The position numbers and the translations under genes were made by a program. Positions 8,928 to 18,132 of a stretch of DNA of 64,000 bases are shown here, one piece after another (positions within the stretch are counted from its first letter, which is position 1; each line of letters opens with the position of its first letter). The stretch is from a phage. The notes under the pieces were generated by a model, which was not told the DNA's origin, searched no databases, and saw only the letters and a list, made by a program, of their open reading frames with translations. The DNA lies in assembly GCA_012747475.1 (NCBI GenBank), contig GCA_012747475.1_3928.1; one strand, 5' to 3'.

Positions 8928-9015
8928 AGTACTTTACAGGGGGCTTATAAGGCTGTACAGTAAGCCCCAGATAAAGAGCTTTACCACATTAACCCTTAAA
9001 CTAGGAGATTCTAAA
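8928..9015 (+). promoter_or_regulatory. class B cassette: stem-loop overlapping promoter + SD
   Basis: TTTACA-17bp-TACAGT; hairpin GGGGCTTAT/ATAAGCCCC; conserved AGATAAAGAGCTTTACCAC. Confidence 0.5.
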
Positions 9016-9399
9016 ATGGCATATCGTGCACCTAAATTCATCAACAAAGACAACTTTCGCAACGCACTGGAGAAGTCACTTGATGAAAATTTTAAAGGTA
9101 ACATTATCGTTGTTCACGCATTCAATTTTAAGTATGATGTAAATGGGAATAGAATCAACCATTACACGGCAACCATGTTAGATGGTACACTTTCAAGTGA
9201 AAAAGCCGTACTAAATGCACTGGCAGGACGTGGAAAGGTATTAGTAAGATGTGATAAGAGACGTTATCAGGGTGGCGCATATGGTTATGATGATGCTGTT
9301 TACCATCTTGAAAATATGGGCTATCAAGTAGAAAAAGCTGGAGCATCACAAATCATCGGCAGCGATGGTTATGTAACTATCTTCAAAATTAACAAATAA
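9016..9399 (+). CDS. hypothetical protein (127 aa)
   Basis: ORF track; cassette upstream. Confidence 0.5.
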   Translation: MAYRAPKFINKDNFRNALEKSLDENFKGNIIVVHAFNFKYDVNGNRINHYTATMLDGTLSSEKAVLNALAGRGKVLVRCDKRRYQGGAYGYDDAVYHLENMGYQVEKAGASQIIGSDGYVTIFKINK

Positions 9400-9485
9400 A
9401 GTACTTTACAAGGGGCTTATAGTTCGATAAAGTAAGCCCCAGATAAAGAGCTTTACCACTAAATCCTAAATTGGAGAACTTAAAA
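9400..9485 (+). promoter_or_regulatory. class B cassette
   Basis: TTTACA(9405)-17bp-TAAAGT; hairpin GGGGCTTAT...TAAGCCCC. Confidence 0.5.
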
Positions 9486-9776
9486 ATGGCTATTATCAAA
9501 AACGTTGTAATTGCTGCAAAGACTCGTGATGACGCTCGCGTTATGGCTAAAAAGTTATGCGGGAAAGTGGTTGACAACGGAAAACAATCTGCTGTAAGAT
9601 GGGGCGTAAAGGTTGATAAACAGTTGAAGCTAAAAAATTCACCGATAAACCTTTTTACATGTGTAAGCACTATCGGGAAGACAAATGTATACACGAAAAA
9701 GGCATATATTAGACGCATAGCCTTAACATCCCCCATTCGTACAATGAGAGTTTATGCAAAGCTGAAAATTAACTGA
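9486..9776 (+). CDS. hypothetical protein
   Basis: ATG 9486 after cassette; track start 9471 is an upstream TTG. Confidence 0.5.
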   Translation: MAIIKNVVIAAKTRDDARVMAKKLCGKVVDNGKQSAVRWGVKVDKQLKLKNSPINLFTCVSTIGKTNVYTKKAYIRRIALTSPIRTMRVYAKLKIN

Positions 9777-9864
9777 TAAAGTACTTTACAGGGGGCTTAA
9801 AAGTTGATATCTTAAGCCCCAGATAAAGAGCTTTACCACTAAATCCTAAACTGGAGATTCAAAA
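9777..9864 (+). promoter_or_regulatory. class B cassette
   Basis: TTTACA-17bp-TATCTT; hairpin GGGGCTTAA...TTAAGCCCC (compensatory change). Confidence 0.5.
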
Positions 9865-10161
9865 ATGAAATTATCAAATAAAGTCCGTGAGAATTTAAGC
9901 AAGTTACTTAATAAAATTGATTTCATTGAAACATCAAGGAATAGTCATGATGTTATGGAATGGTTACACGGAAAAATCAAAGGCCGTCGTGTAGTGATTT
10001 GCTTATGGAACAGTTGCAGGGAGTATAAAAAACCTGTATTGCAAGTCAATATTTATGATGATACTTTTAAAAGTCCTGTAAAATCTAAAAGTGATTTATT
10101 AGAATCTTATGAGATAACTGTAAGTGGTAAAGTATCACGTAAAGAGGAAACACCATGTTGA
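9865..10161 (+). CDS. hypothetical protein
   Basis: ORF track. Confidence 0.5.
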   Translation: MKLSNKVRENLSKLLNKIDFIETSRNSHDVMEWLHGKIKGRRVVICLWNSCREYKKPVLQVNIYDDTFKSPVKSKSDLLESYEITVSGKVSRKEETPC

Positions 10162-10487
10162 TGACTGGTATCACTGCAATCATTGCCATTTTCGCGCTAT
10201 ATAAGGCATATAAAGCCTATAATCTAGCAAATAAGGCAATCACACAGCAGGTTAGTAATAACCTTGTAGAAAGCTTTCTGGAGCGTTTAAGCGATGAGCA
10301 AATAAAGCGGTTAGAGATGAGCTTCAGATATAAAGCGAAAACCTATCAGATAAGTGACATCTTCAAAGATGATTTTCAGTTAGTGGATGATTATAATTCT
10401 CTGATAAATGCTTTAAATATCAGTGACTTAAAAGACTACTACGCTGTAATTGTTCAAGAATTGAGCAAACGAAAAAATTCCTCTTGA
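10155..10487 (+). CDS. hypothetical protein with N-terminal TM helix
   Basis: ORF track; hydrophobic N-terminus. Confidence 0.45.
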   Translation: MLMTGITAIIAIFALYKAYKAYNLANKAITQQVSNNLVESFLERLSDEQIKRLEMSFRYKAKTYQISDIFKDDFQLVDDYNSLINALNISDLKDYYAVIVQELSKRKNSS

Positions 10488-10578
10488 TTTTGGTTTTTAA
10501 AACAAGTAAATTACACATCAACGGGGAGGGAATGAGCTTCCCCACTAAGTAAAGTCCTTAAACTAGGAGATTCTGAAA
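10485..10578 (+). promoter_or_regulatory. class A cassette
   Basis: TTGATT-17bp-TAAATT(10508); hairpin GGGGAGGGAATGAGCTTCCCC. Confidence 0.55.
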
Positions 10579-10851
10579 ATGTATACTACTAACAACGGTC
10601 GCACTTTAAATGTCACACTACGTCACTATGTAGATGGTGTCATGCACTTTGAAGATTTACAAGCTGAGCAACATATCTTAGATTGGCAAGTCGCAGGACT
10701 CCAAAAAACTGCTACGGGATACGGTAAAAAGATTCCAACCAGTTGGAAAGTACACTACGAAGGACGTTTGCGCAGAATTTATCAAGATGTATGCAGTAAT
10801 AGCACATCAAGTTACATCATAGTAAAAGGTAAAAAACTGCATTTAGTGTAA
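10579..10851 (+). CDS. hypothetical protein
   Basis: ORF track. Confidence 0.5.
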   Translation: MYTTNNGRTLNVTLRHYVDGVMHFEDLQAEQHILDWQVAGLQKTATGYGKKIPTSWKVHYEGRLRRIYQDVCSNSTSSYIIVKGKKLHLV

Positions 10852-10935
10852 AGTACTTTACAGGGGGTTATCAAGCTGATAAGATAACCCCAGATAAAGA
10901 GCTTTACTACTCAATCCTAAATTGGAGATTCTAAA
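10852..10935 (+). promoter_or_regulatory. class B cassette
   Basis: TTTACA-17bp-TAAGAT; hairpin GGGGTTATC...GATAACCCC (compensatory change). Confidence 0.5.
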
Positions 10936-11340
10936 ATGGCTATTAATAACCGTGAATTATCAATCTTAAAAGCACGTTTGACCGTCAACCGGATTAATGT
11001 TCTGACATCATCAGCGCCTGATGAAACATTGCACAACATTATCGGAAAGATTCAAAGCGTTATTTTAGACGTTGAAAATGTAAAAAGTTCATTGGCTGAC
11101 GTTGCAGCAGGTATCACGCTAGACGGTGCGCAATATGAAATGGTTGACATGTTAGGCAAATCGAAGGTAATGAATAAAGAGCTTGATTTAAAAATGTTTC
11201 GATTTGCCGTGAAAGTATGGCTATCCGTCGAGTATGACGCTAATTTTGCAATCGCTGATTTCTTTGCCACTTGGTTACAACGTAATTTGACAAATCACGA
11301 TTTTCGTGATGTCTGTGATGCAATTTATGCAGAACTCTAA
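10936..11340 (+). CDS. hypothetical protein
   Basis: ORF track. Confidence 0.5.
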   Translation: MAINNRELSILKARLTVNRINVLTSSAPDETLHNIIGKIQSVILDVENVKSSLADVAAGITLDGAQYEMVDMLGKSKVMNKELDLKMFRFAVKVWLSVEYDANFAIADFFATWLQRNLTNHDFRDVCDAIYAEL

Positions 11341-11348
11341 AAATTTTG

Positions 11349-11440
11349 TTGACACTGGTTTTTAGATAGATTAAATTACACATCAACGGGGAGGCGATAA
11401 CATCCCCACTAAATAAAGTCCTAAACTGGAGATTCTAAAA
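11349..11440 (+). promoter_or_regulatory. class A cassette
   Basis: TTGACA(11349)-17bp-TAAATT(11372); hairpin GGGGAGGCGATAACATCCCC. Confidence 0.6.
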
Positions 11441-11644
11441 ATGGCTATTATTAACGGTTTAACCATTGAAACTACACACATCAAAGATATTAAAGTTGGT
11501 GATGTAGTCCTTTCCCACGGCGTAGAGAAAACTGTCACTGCAAAGGATATCAAAGAGGATTCTTTCATGGGTAGGACTCTCTTCGGTGATTCTTATTGCT
11601 TAGGGTATCTTGCAGTTTTAAAAGTTGTCAAAAATAACAAATAA
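11441..11644 (+). CDS. small hypothetical protein
   Basis: ORF track. Confidence 0.5.
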   Translation: MAIINGLTIETTHIKDIKVGDVVLSHGVEKTVTAKDIKEDSFMGRTLFGDSYCLGYLAVLKVVKNNK

Positions 11645-11731
11645 AGTACTTTACAGGGGGCTTATAGTTCGATAAAGTAAGCCCCAGATAAAGAGCTTTA
11701 CCACTAAATCCTTAAACTAGGAGATTCAAAA
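11645..11731 (+). promoter_or_regulatory. class B cassette
   Basis: TTTACA-17bp-TAAAGT; hairpin GGGGCTTAT...TAAGCCCC. Confidence 0.5.
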
Positions 11732-12274
11732 ATGAAATGCTATCACGGTACTACTCAAGAAAATTTCCTCAACCTGATTAATAACGGTGATAAACCATCA
11801 GGCGCATGGAATTGTTCGGATATGGACGGCAATTTTTACGTGTACCCAGAAAATAAAATCTATGGCGACGATGATGAAGAGATAACATCAGAGGGTATTC
11901 AGCAAGCTCTAGGCAATGCCACTATCACCGCAGCTTTTCAGATGAAGACTCAAAATATTGTTATCTTAGAACTCGATATTCCAGAGGATGAGCTGAACGA
12001 TGATTATTCTTGTGATAATATGTCGAGTGTAGCAAGTTTTACAGAGTACTTTGATGTAAATTGGATTAAAAAGGTCTATACAACAGAGTTTAACGCTATG
12101 TATTCACCTTTTTGTCTTCCTTCATTGGATAACCCAAATTTAAACTATCTTGATGAGTCTCTGGAGCTTCTTGCTAAAAGTGTTCAACAGTCGGACAGTA
12201 TTCAGGTTTTTTGTGACATCATGGATACACTGACAGGGAACATTGCAGAAGAGGATTTAAAGAGCTTTTTCTAA
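11732..12274 (+). CDS. hypothetical acidic protein (180 aa)
   Basis: ORF track. Confidence 0.5.
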   Translation: MKCYHGTTQENFLNLINNGDKPSGAWNCSDMDGNFYVYPENKIYGDDDEEITSEGIQQALGNATITAAFQMKTQNIVILELDIPEDELNDDYSCDNMSSVASFTEYFDVNWIKKVYTTEFNAMYSPFCLPSLDNPNLNYLDESLELLAKSVQQSDSIQVFCDIMDTLTGNIAEEDLKSFF

Positions 12275-12300
12275 AAACTATACAATCACCTTATAAACAC

Positions 12301-12339
12301 TGATTAGCCCCTTGTAGGGGCTTTTAGGGGGCTTAAATC
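12301..12339 (+). terminator. terminator-like hairpin ahead of next gene
   Basis: AGCCCCT-TGT-AGGGGCT then TTTTAG; GGGGG SD before ATG 12340. Confidence 0.35.
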
Positions 12340-12573
12340 ATGCTAACAACCGTTTATCTCATCCTCTCAATTTGTAATGGCCATTCATGTGACTTTAAAG
12401 GGCTTGAAGAGTTTACAGGGAGTAAAGAAAATGCTATTCAAGTTTGCCAGATAGCAAGACAAGACTATCCCGCCAGTGATGATATACAATGTTACTTTAA
12501 GACAGAAGATGACGATGGAATCTATTTCGATAGTGTTGACGGTCAATATGAAATTATCATTGAAAAAGACTAG
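12340..12573 (+). CDS. small hypothetical protein
   Basis: ORF track. Confidence 0.45.
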   Translation: MLTTVYLILSICNGHSCDFKGLEEFTGSKENAIQVCQIARQDYPASDDIQCYFKTEDDDGIYFDSVDGQYEIIIEKD

Positions 12574-12665
12574 ACAAGCCTGATAAAAGTCTGTAAATTA
12601 TCAATCAACGGGGAGGGAATGACCTTCCCCACTAAGTAAAGTCCTTAAACTAGGAGATTCTAAAA
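12572..12665 (+). promoter_or_regulatory. class A cassette
   Basis: TAGACA-17bp-TAAATT(12594); hairpin GGGGAGGGAATGACCTTCCCC. Confidence 0.55.
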
Positions 12666-13007
12666 ATGGCTTATGTAACCGTAATTACCGATAAAGAGGA
12701 TTCATCTTGGTCAACTCAAGTAAGTGATAAGATGTCGCCTATGCAGTGCCTAAAATACTTTGAGCAGTGGAACAAAGGCGAGGATGTAAGCCCCTTTCAG
12801 GTAATGCAAATCATCCATACAGATAACGAAGGGAATAAAACGACACTGAATAGTGAGTACTATGCAAGCCGTTTTGAAACGAGAAGTAAAACAATGAAGC
12901 TTTTACGTGAATCCGGCTATTCTCACATTGCCGCGCTAATCTGGGATGACCTGCTGAAAAGCCAGCGTATCAGCTATGTAAAACCTGAAAAAATATTCAT
13001 CAGTTAA
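12666..13007 (+). CDS. hypothetical protein
   Basis: ORF track. Confidence 0.5.
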   Translation: MAYVTVITDKEDSSWSTQVSDKMSPMQCLKYFEQWNKGEDVSPFQVMQIIHTDNEGNKTTLNSEYYASRFETRSKTMKLLRESGYSHIAALIWDDLLKSQRISYVKPEKIFIS

Positions 13008-13136
13008 TCAATAACTTATAAAAAACTTTAAAAAATTACTTGACGATACCCCTTGACAATAGTACATTTGTTCGAGGGGGTTTATCTAAAAGGGATTCAC
13101 TTAAAAGATTCTTTATAGATAAGCTTAAAAAATTGC

Positions 13137-13229
13137 TTGCAATCAGTTATCAAAACAAGTAAATTACTCATCAACGGGGAGGCAATAACCTCCCTACTAA
13201 GTAAAGTCCTTAAACTAGGAGATTCTAAA
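13137..13229 (+). promoter_or_regulatory. class A cassette
   Basis: TTGCAA-17bp-TAAATT(13160); hairpin GGGGAGGCAATAACCTCCC. Confidence 0.55.
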
Positions 13230-13760
13230 ATGAACAAGTTCAAAGCTATCAACTATATTCGCTCAAATAGTGTTATGTCTAAGCCTGTTAAAGATACCTA
13301 CGAATTTCGTTGTAATGGGGTACACTTTGCAACCATTACCAAATCAGAAAACGGGGCTTATTACATTCATCGCCGTAATGTTTCTACTGTTGTAGTCTCT
13401 CACTTTATGCAAGCCGTAGCGGAGTTATTACCGTTATTCTTAGAGATTTACTTAGATGAGTGTAAAAACGTTCGCAACCACGTTAAAAGCCTTTTAAATG
13501 GCTATAAAATGGCTTATGAGCGTTCTATTAAGTCACTAAACAAGTTCTATAAAGCCCCTGAAAATACTGTATCAATAGCTTATGATGTAAGTGGTGAAAT
13601 GGTCAATCTCTCTAATGTAGAACAAATTAGCCTTTATGATTTACGTCCTAGTGGCTACTCTAAGACTCTCGGTGAAGGTTTATCCTTCAATATCAAGAAC
13701 TTAGAAAAAACTTTAAGAGATATTGAAAAAGATATTGACGAGACAATCAAAAATCTGTAA
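13230..13760 (+). CDS. hypothetical protein
   Basis: ATG 13230 after cassette; track start 13137 lies inside the cassette. Confidence 0.5.
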   Translation: MNKFKAINYIRSNSVMSKPVKDTYEFRCNGVHFATITKSENGAYYIHRRNVSTVVVSHFMQAVAELLPLFLEIYLDECKNVRNHVKSLLNGYKMAYERSIKSLNKFYKAPENTVSIAYDVSGEMVNLSNVEQISLYDLRPSGYSKTLGEGLSFNIKNLEKTLRDIEKDIDETIKNL

Positions 13761-13824
13761 ATTGTCAATCAACGGGGGATGACCTCCCCCACTAAGTAAA
13801 GTCCTTAAACTAGGAGTTATCAAG
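13735..13824 (+). promoter_or_regulatory. class A cassette (promoter overlaps 3' end of upstream gene)
   Basis: TTGACG(13735)-17bp-TAAATT(13758); hairpin GGGGGATGACCTCCCCC. Confidence 0.5.
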
Positions 13825-14088
13825 ATGGAAAACGTAGAATTAACCACACTATTGCAGATTGCAACTGACAAAGAAGACGTAGCGTTGTTTCACCGTATCG
13901 AAAGTGATTTGTTCAATGGTGAAATCATTAAAGAATCTTACGAAGTTGTCGGATTCAAAGATGGTAAAGCATTTGGCTTTTTTGACCTCGACAAAAGCAA
14001 AGCGGTTACAATGTACGATGTTCTATCTTGTGAAATTCTGACAAAATACAACGAAAAAAGGCTTGCAACCTACGCCAATATGCAGTAA
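13825..14088 (+). CDS. hypothetical protein
   Basis: ORF track. Confidence 0.5.
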   Translation: MENVELTTLLQIATDKEDVALFHRIESDLFNGEIIKESYEVVGFKDGKAFGFFDLDKSKAVTMYDVLSCEILTKYNEKRLATYANMQ

Positions 14089-14155
14089 ATTACTAATCAA
14101 CGGGGAGGGAATGACCTTCCCACTAAACAAAGTCCTAAACTGGAGAATCTAAATT
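14063..14155 (+). promoter_or_regulatory. class A cassette
   Basis: TTGCAA(14063)-17bp-TAAATT(14086); hairpin GGGGAGGGAATGACCTTCCC. Confidence 0.55.
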
Positions 14156-14404
14156 ATGTCAACTATCCGCGTAACTGTTAATGCTTATGGCTGCCACCAA
14201 CTTGATGCAAAATTCGATATCGGTGGAACAGATAACACCTTTGACCTTATCAAAATGCTGATTCAGCAGGTGATACCAGATTATAACCCTACTGATGACT
14301 TCTGGAAAGATGCCGTAAAAGAAGCCATAAACGAGGAATCTCACTACCATTATTGGGGTGACTTGATTGTCTCTCTATACTACAGCAAACAAGGCTACAA
14401 CTAA
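14156..14404 (+). CDS. hypothetical protein
   Basis: ORF track; last gene of small-gene array. Confidence 0.5.
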   Translation: MSTIRVTVNAYGCHQLDAKFDIGGTDNTFDLIKMLIQQVIPDYNPTDDFWKDAVKEAINEESHYHYWGDLIVSLYYSKQGYN

Positions 14405-14468
14405 TCGACGCAGCGGGGCTAAATAGCCCCAGATACCTTTACAGCCACTTAAATGGGGCTTTTTTACG
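14405..14468 (+). terminator. terminator at end of small-gene array
   Basis: GGGGCT-AAAT-AGCCCC hairpin, then GGGGCT followed by TTTTTTAC. Confidence 0.45.
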
Positions 14469-16024
14469 TCTATCGAATCCTTATACAACCCCTTTCCCTT
14501 TCCTTTCTAGAATCTTATCAGACCTTAAAAGCAATAACTCTATAGTCTACTCTATAGCCTTTTATCAAATCAACTTAAATATAAGCCCATAACCCGAAAG
14601 GGAAGGGCAACCATTAAAACGCTCTATAAAGCTCTATAACAGCCTTATCAACCTAACTTAAGCAATCATATTAACCCACTCTAAAAAGCCCTTTATAGAG
14701 CTTCCCAGAGCCTTAAAAGAATCTTATAAGGGTATAAGCTTTATTATCTCGTTAGCTATCTTGTGAACTACTAAAAAGGGCTTGTTAGTGTCTTAAAAGT
14801 ATGTTATAGGGGCTTTAAAGTTACTTCAAAGTTGCTTAAAAGTTACGTAAATGCTAGCCCCCTTAACATTTTCTTAACAATTTCTTAACAATCCCTACAT
14901 AGTTATGCTTGTTAGAGACTTGTTAGCCCCTTGTTAAATCTCTGTTAAGACCACGTAAAAGCCTTGTAAGAGTCTTTGACATAGCCTTAAAAGCTCCTGT
15001 AAAGCCCTATAAAGAGCTATCCATACAGTTGAGGGGTAGATACTAGGAAGAGGCTTAAAAGGGGCTATAAGGGGCTATAGAGAGCTTTTAAGAGGTATGT
15101 TTAGAGATTCACTAAGAGGGAAAGGGAACGATAAGAAAAGAGATAGTGACCATGTTAATAGCTTGTTAAAAAGATTAAACACTTGTTAGAAACTTGTTAA
15201 TTATCTTAACAAAATAACTCTTTAAAATTAACTTGTTAGCTCTTGTTAGTCATCTGTTAAGATTCTGTAAAGCCTATTCAGCACTTGTTAAGAGACTGTT
15301 ACAGCCTTGTTAGTTCTGTTAAGAATCTGTTAAGACCTTTGAAGAGTTGTTAAGAAGGTGTTAGAACTGTTAAGAGATTGTTAAGGATATTTTAAAATTT
15401 TGCAAAGTACTTGTAAGGGAGCTGTTAAGGGCTACCAAGCAGATATACATCTTCTACAGATATTTTTGAGTTCCTTCAAAGACCCTAAAAAATGACTTGA
15501 TAGTCCTATTTTATAAAAATTTTAAAATTCTGAATAATTACCTATACAGTCTTTTAAAAATACAGGTAGAAACAGGCTTATAAGATACCTTGTTAGTACC
15601 GTGTTAGACCTTGTGAGATAAGGTCTGTAAAGATATTCCTGTTAAGTTTGTTAAAACAGTCTATATAGAGGCTTAGTAATACCTAGTGAACACCTATAGA
15701 GAGTATCATAGCTAACCTAGAGATTAAGAGGTGTATAGGAGCTTCTAAGAGGGTGTAGAGGTATGGTTAAGGTGATTGTATAGGTTGTTAAGAAGGCTTG
15801 TTAGAAGAGTGTTTAGAAGGACTATACAGAGGGGCTATTAAGACCACTAGATAGTTACTAAGATACTATATAGTACTATATAACTATATAGAGAGTAAGA
15901 TTAAGGAGGTTGTTAAGAAGGATAGATATTTTATTCACATATGATGGTGACCCAGAGGTTGGGACAACCGATAAAATTTTATAAAAATTAAAAAGCCCCC
16001 GATTAAGGAGGCTCTTAAGATATT
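14469..16024. repeat. ORF-free repeat-dense region rich in CTNNNNAG words
   Basis: no ORF >=60 aa either strand; CTTATAAG, CTTTAAAG, CTATAAAG, CTATAGAG, CTTGTTAG, CTGTTAAG recur dozens of times. Confidence 0.75.
15150..15432 (+). repeat. helically phased array of ~20 TGTTA(A/G)G units
   Basis: TGTTA at 15165,15185,15196,15235,15244,15255,15286,15297,15308,15317,15328,15348,15359,15368,15379,15423; spacings 9, 11 or 20 bp. Confidence 0.75.
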
Positions 16025-16618
16025 TTAAATCAGTGTTTCCAGAACTGTTTTCAGGGATGACTTAGTTGTCTGATAAAAATGAGTGAATCCGTTGTTGTTA
16101 TCGAATATCTGCATCATAATGTCATCTCCCTTGATTGGATACACTCGGATATCATAGTGAAACCCGTTAAAGACAGCAGAACCATTACAGAACACACTAA
16201 AATCGTCCACTGAGATATACTCTTCATGTCCTGTGATTTTTATACAGACGCCTTTGCTCGGTCTCTTAGGGTTGATATCTTCCATCACAGACATACTCTG
16301 TCCACCAAGAGATACCATAGTGACCACTTTACGGTTCTTCTGTCTAAAGTACATTTTAACTTTCTGTAAAGTGTCTTCATAGAACGGATAAGACTTCTCT
16401 ACAAAGATTCCTTCAAGTGGCTCTTTACCATTTTCAACTTCTCTGGTATGTCGTACTGCAAAGATAATTTGTTGGAACCAGTCAAGATTTTCTTCGGAGA
16501 GTGCTTCACGAACATCACTCCAGTCAAGGACTAGGTAGTTGCCTTCAACTTCTTTTAAGTTATCTTTTTCCATATCTATCACACCGTTATCGTAAAACTT
16601 GGTAAGCTGGTACTGCAA
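16025..16618 (-). CDS. hypothetical protein
   Basis: ORF track; first gene of leftward block. Confidence 0.5.
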   Translation of the reverse strand: MQYQLTKFYDNGVIDMEKDNLKEVEGNYLVLDWSDVREALSEENLDWFQQIIFAVRHTREVENGKEPLEGIFVEKSYPFYEDTLQKVKMYFRQKNRKVVTMVSLGGQSMSVMEDINPKRPSKGVCIKITGHEEYISVDDFSVFCNGSAVFNGFHYDIRVYPIKGDDIMMQIFDNNNGFTHFYQTTKSSLKTVLETLI

Positions 16619-17072
16619 ACTTGTTGCTACTGTTTCTAATAAGGTCTTCTTCTGTTACTAAGAATGTAATCCCACATAAGTGGGTATAGTGGCTGTCATA
16701 CTCGAATATTTTAAGTAAGTATTTACCATCATGATAAACAGATTCTACTACACCTTTTGCAACAATCTTTCCAGTCTTGAAGTCTTTAAGAGGGTATGTA
16801 TTACCAACTTTAGGGACTGTTTTCACTTCAGGTTCTTTTAGCTTCTCACCAACTTCTACATCACCTAGTAAGTGAGAACTTTCAAACGCTACATGTTGCA
16901 TATAAGCTTCTGAACATTCCCAGATAAAACAATGTACAAGAACCTTAGCAGCATGTCTTGAGCAATTCAACTCATCACAGATTTCTTTGTACATTTCATC
17001 TTTAGTTGAATTAGTAAGTATTGCTTTTCGAACTGTTTCTTTAATTTTCATAAGCTCTCCGAATAACCCCAT
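16587..17072 (-). CDS. hypothetical protein
   Basis: ORF track. Confidence 0.5.
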   Translation of the reverse strand: MGLFGELMKIKETVRKAILTNSTKDEMYKEICDELNCSRHAAKVLVHCFIWECSEAYMQHVAFESSHLLGDVEVGEKLKEPEVKTVPKVGNTYPLKDFKTGKIVAKGVVESVYHDGKYLLKIFEYDSHYTHLCGITFLVTEEDLIRNSSNKFAVPAYQVLR

Positions 17073-17778
17073 TAAGCATCTCTAAAGTCAGCTTTCCAGA
17101 CTCTAAATGTGGCATAACAAGCTTTAAAGCTTTTTCAACATCATGCACAACATCTATTATACCTTCTTCATAGGATTCTACAAGGATATCTTTTACACCG
17201 ATATAGCCTTCATTGATAAGGATTTGCATATCAAAATCTTTTGATTGCTTGTTTAACTTACCTCTCCAGTACCCATTAGCATTAAAAGATATCACTTCAC
17301 ACTCTTTAAAATCCATACCATCTGCATTGAATGGAGTAATTATTGTGCATTGGATTGGGTACTCTACACCAGTGGTGTCAACATCAAAGACCTTCACAGA
17401 AGTAAGTGGTTTCTTTGTTTTAGAGCAGTAAACTGTCAATCTTTTACCAATAAGCTCTTTCATTTCGCTACCTTCTGCATAGGCTTCTACAAGGATATCT
17501 TTTACGTTTTGTGGATTACCTTTTTGTGGTATCACTAGGCGCATATCAAACTCATTTGCTTGAGGATGACTCTTACCACGCCAGAAACCGTCCTTATCAA
17601 AGCTTATAAAGTTATCCTCATTAAAATCAATACCACAAACCTCAAATTTGTCTAGTACTATGCAGTTGAGAGGGTAAGCATTACTCGCATCATTCATTCC
17701 AAGAAATTTAACAGTAGATATATATCTCTGTGTCTTTGCATCTACAATGTCAAGCTCTTTACCTATAAGCTCTTTCAT
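17041..17778 (-). CDS. hypothetical protein with internal ~105-aa tandem duplication
   Basis: MKELIGK...DILVEAYAEG repeated twice within 245 aa. Confidence 0.5.
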   Translation of the reverse strand: MKELIGKELDIVDAKTQRYISTVKFLGMNDASNAYPLNCIVLDKFEVCGIDFNEDNFISFDKDGFWRGKSHPQANEFDMRLVIPQKGNPQNVKDILVEAYAEGSEMKELIGKRLTVYCSKTKKPLTSVKVFDVDTTGVEYPIQCTIITPFNADGMDFKECEVISFNANGYWRGKLNKQSKDFDMQILINEGYIGVKDILVESYEEGIIDVVHDVEKALKLVMPHLESGKLTLEMLNGVIRRAYEN

Positions 17779-17831
17779 TTCGCTACCTTCTAAGTTCTAC
17801 AAAGGGGCTATCAAGTAACCCCCTCAAGCTA

Positions 17832-18056
17832 CTACTCAGACTTTTCAGTCTTCTTATCGGATTTCTTACTAGTCTTCTTCTCAGCTTTCTGCTCAGGTTC
17901 CTTCTCAGAAGTTGCCTTGATAACCATATCAAGAAGTTCTGATAAGTCACTCTTCAGAAGCGTTACAGGCTGCTCATTATAGAAGTTTTTGTCAAGATAA
18001 ACTTTGAACTCTTCTATAGAAGAAAATCCAAAAATTGGTACAGGTGTCTTAATCAT
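17832..18056 (-). CDS. small hypothetical protein, Lys-rich C-terminus
   Basis: ORF track. Confidence 0.4.
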   Translation of the reverse strand: MIKTPVPIFGFSSIEEFKVYLDKNFYNEQPVTLLKSDLSELLDMVIKATSEKEPEQKAEKKTSKKSDKKTEKSE

Positions 18057-18132
18057 TACTTAGTCTCTCCATAGGCATCTTTTAAGATTGCCTTGTTAAT
18101 CATTTCAGCGATTGCAAAACGAACACATACAG

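Noticed and set aside
8439-14468. Regularly spaced ~85-bp repeats could be mistaken for a CRISPR array
   Set aside because: Intervening segments are 200-550 bp with start codons and SD sequences (they are genes), the repeats contain promoter elements, and no cas genes are present.
15150-15432. Short tandem units considered as CRISPR or minisatellite
   Set aside because: The unit is only ~11 bp with no unique spacers; better explained as phased protein-binding sites or iterons.
16025-16618. Metallophosphatase-like motif (GHEE) in the first leftward gene
   Set aside because: Only one weak motif; the other phosphoesterase signature blocks are not recognisable.
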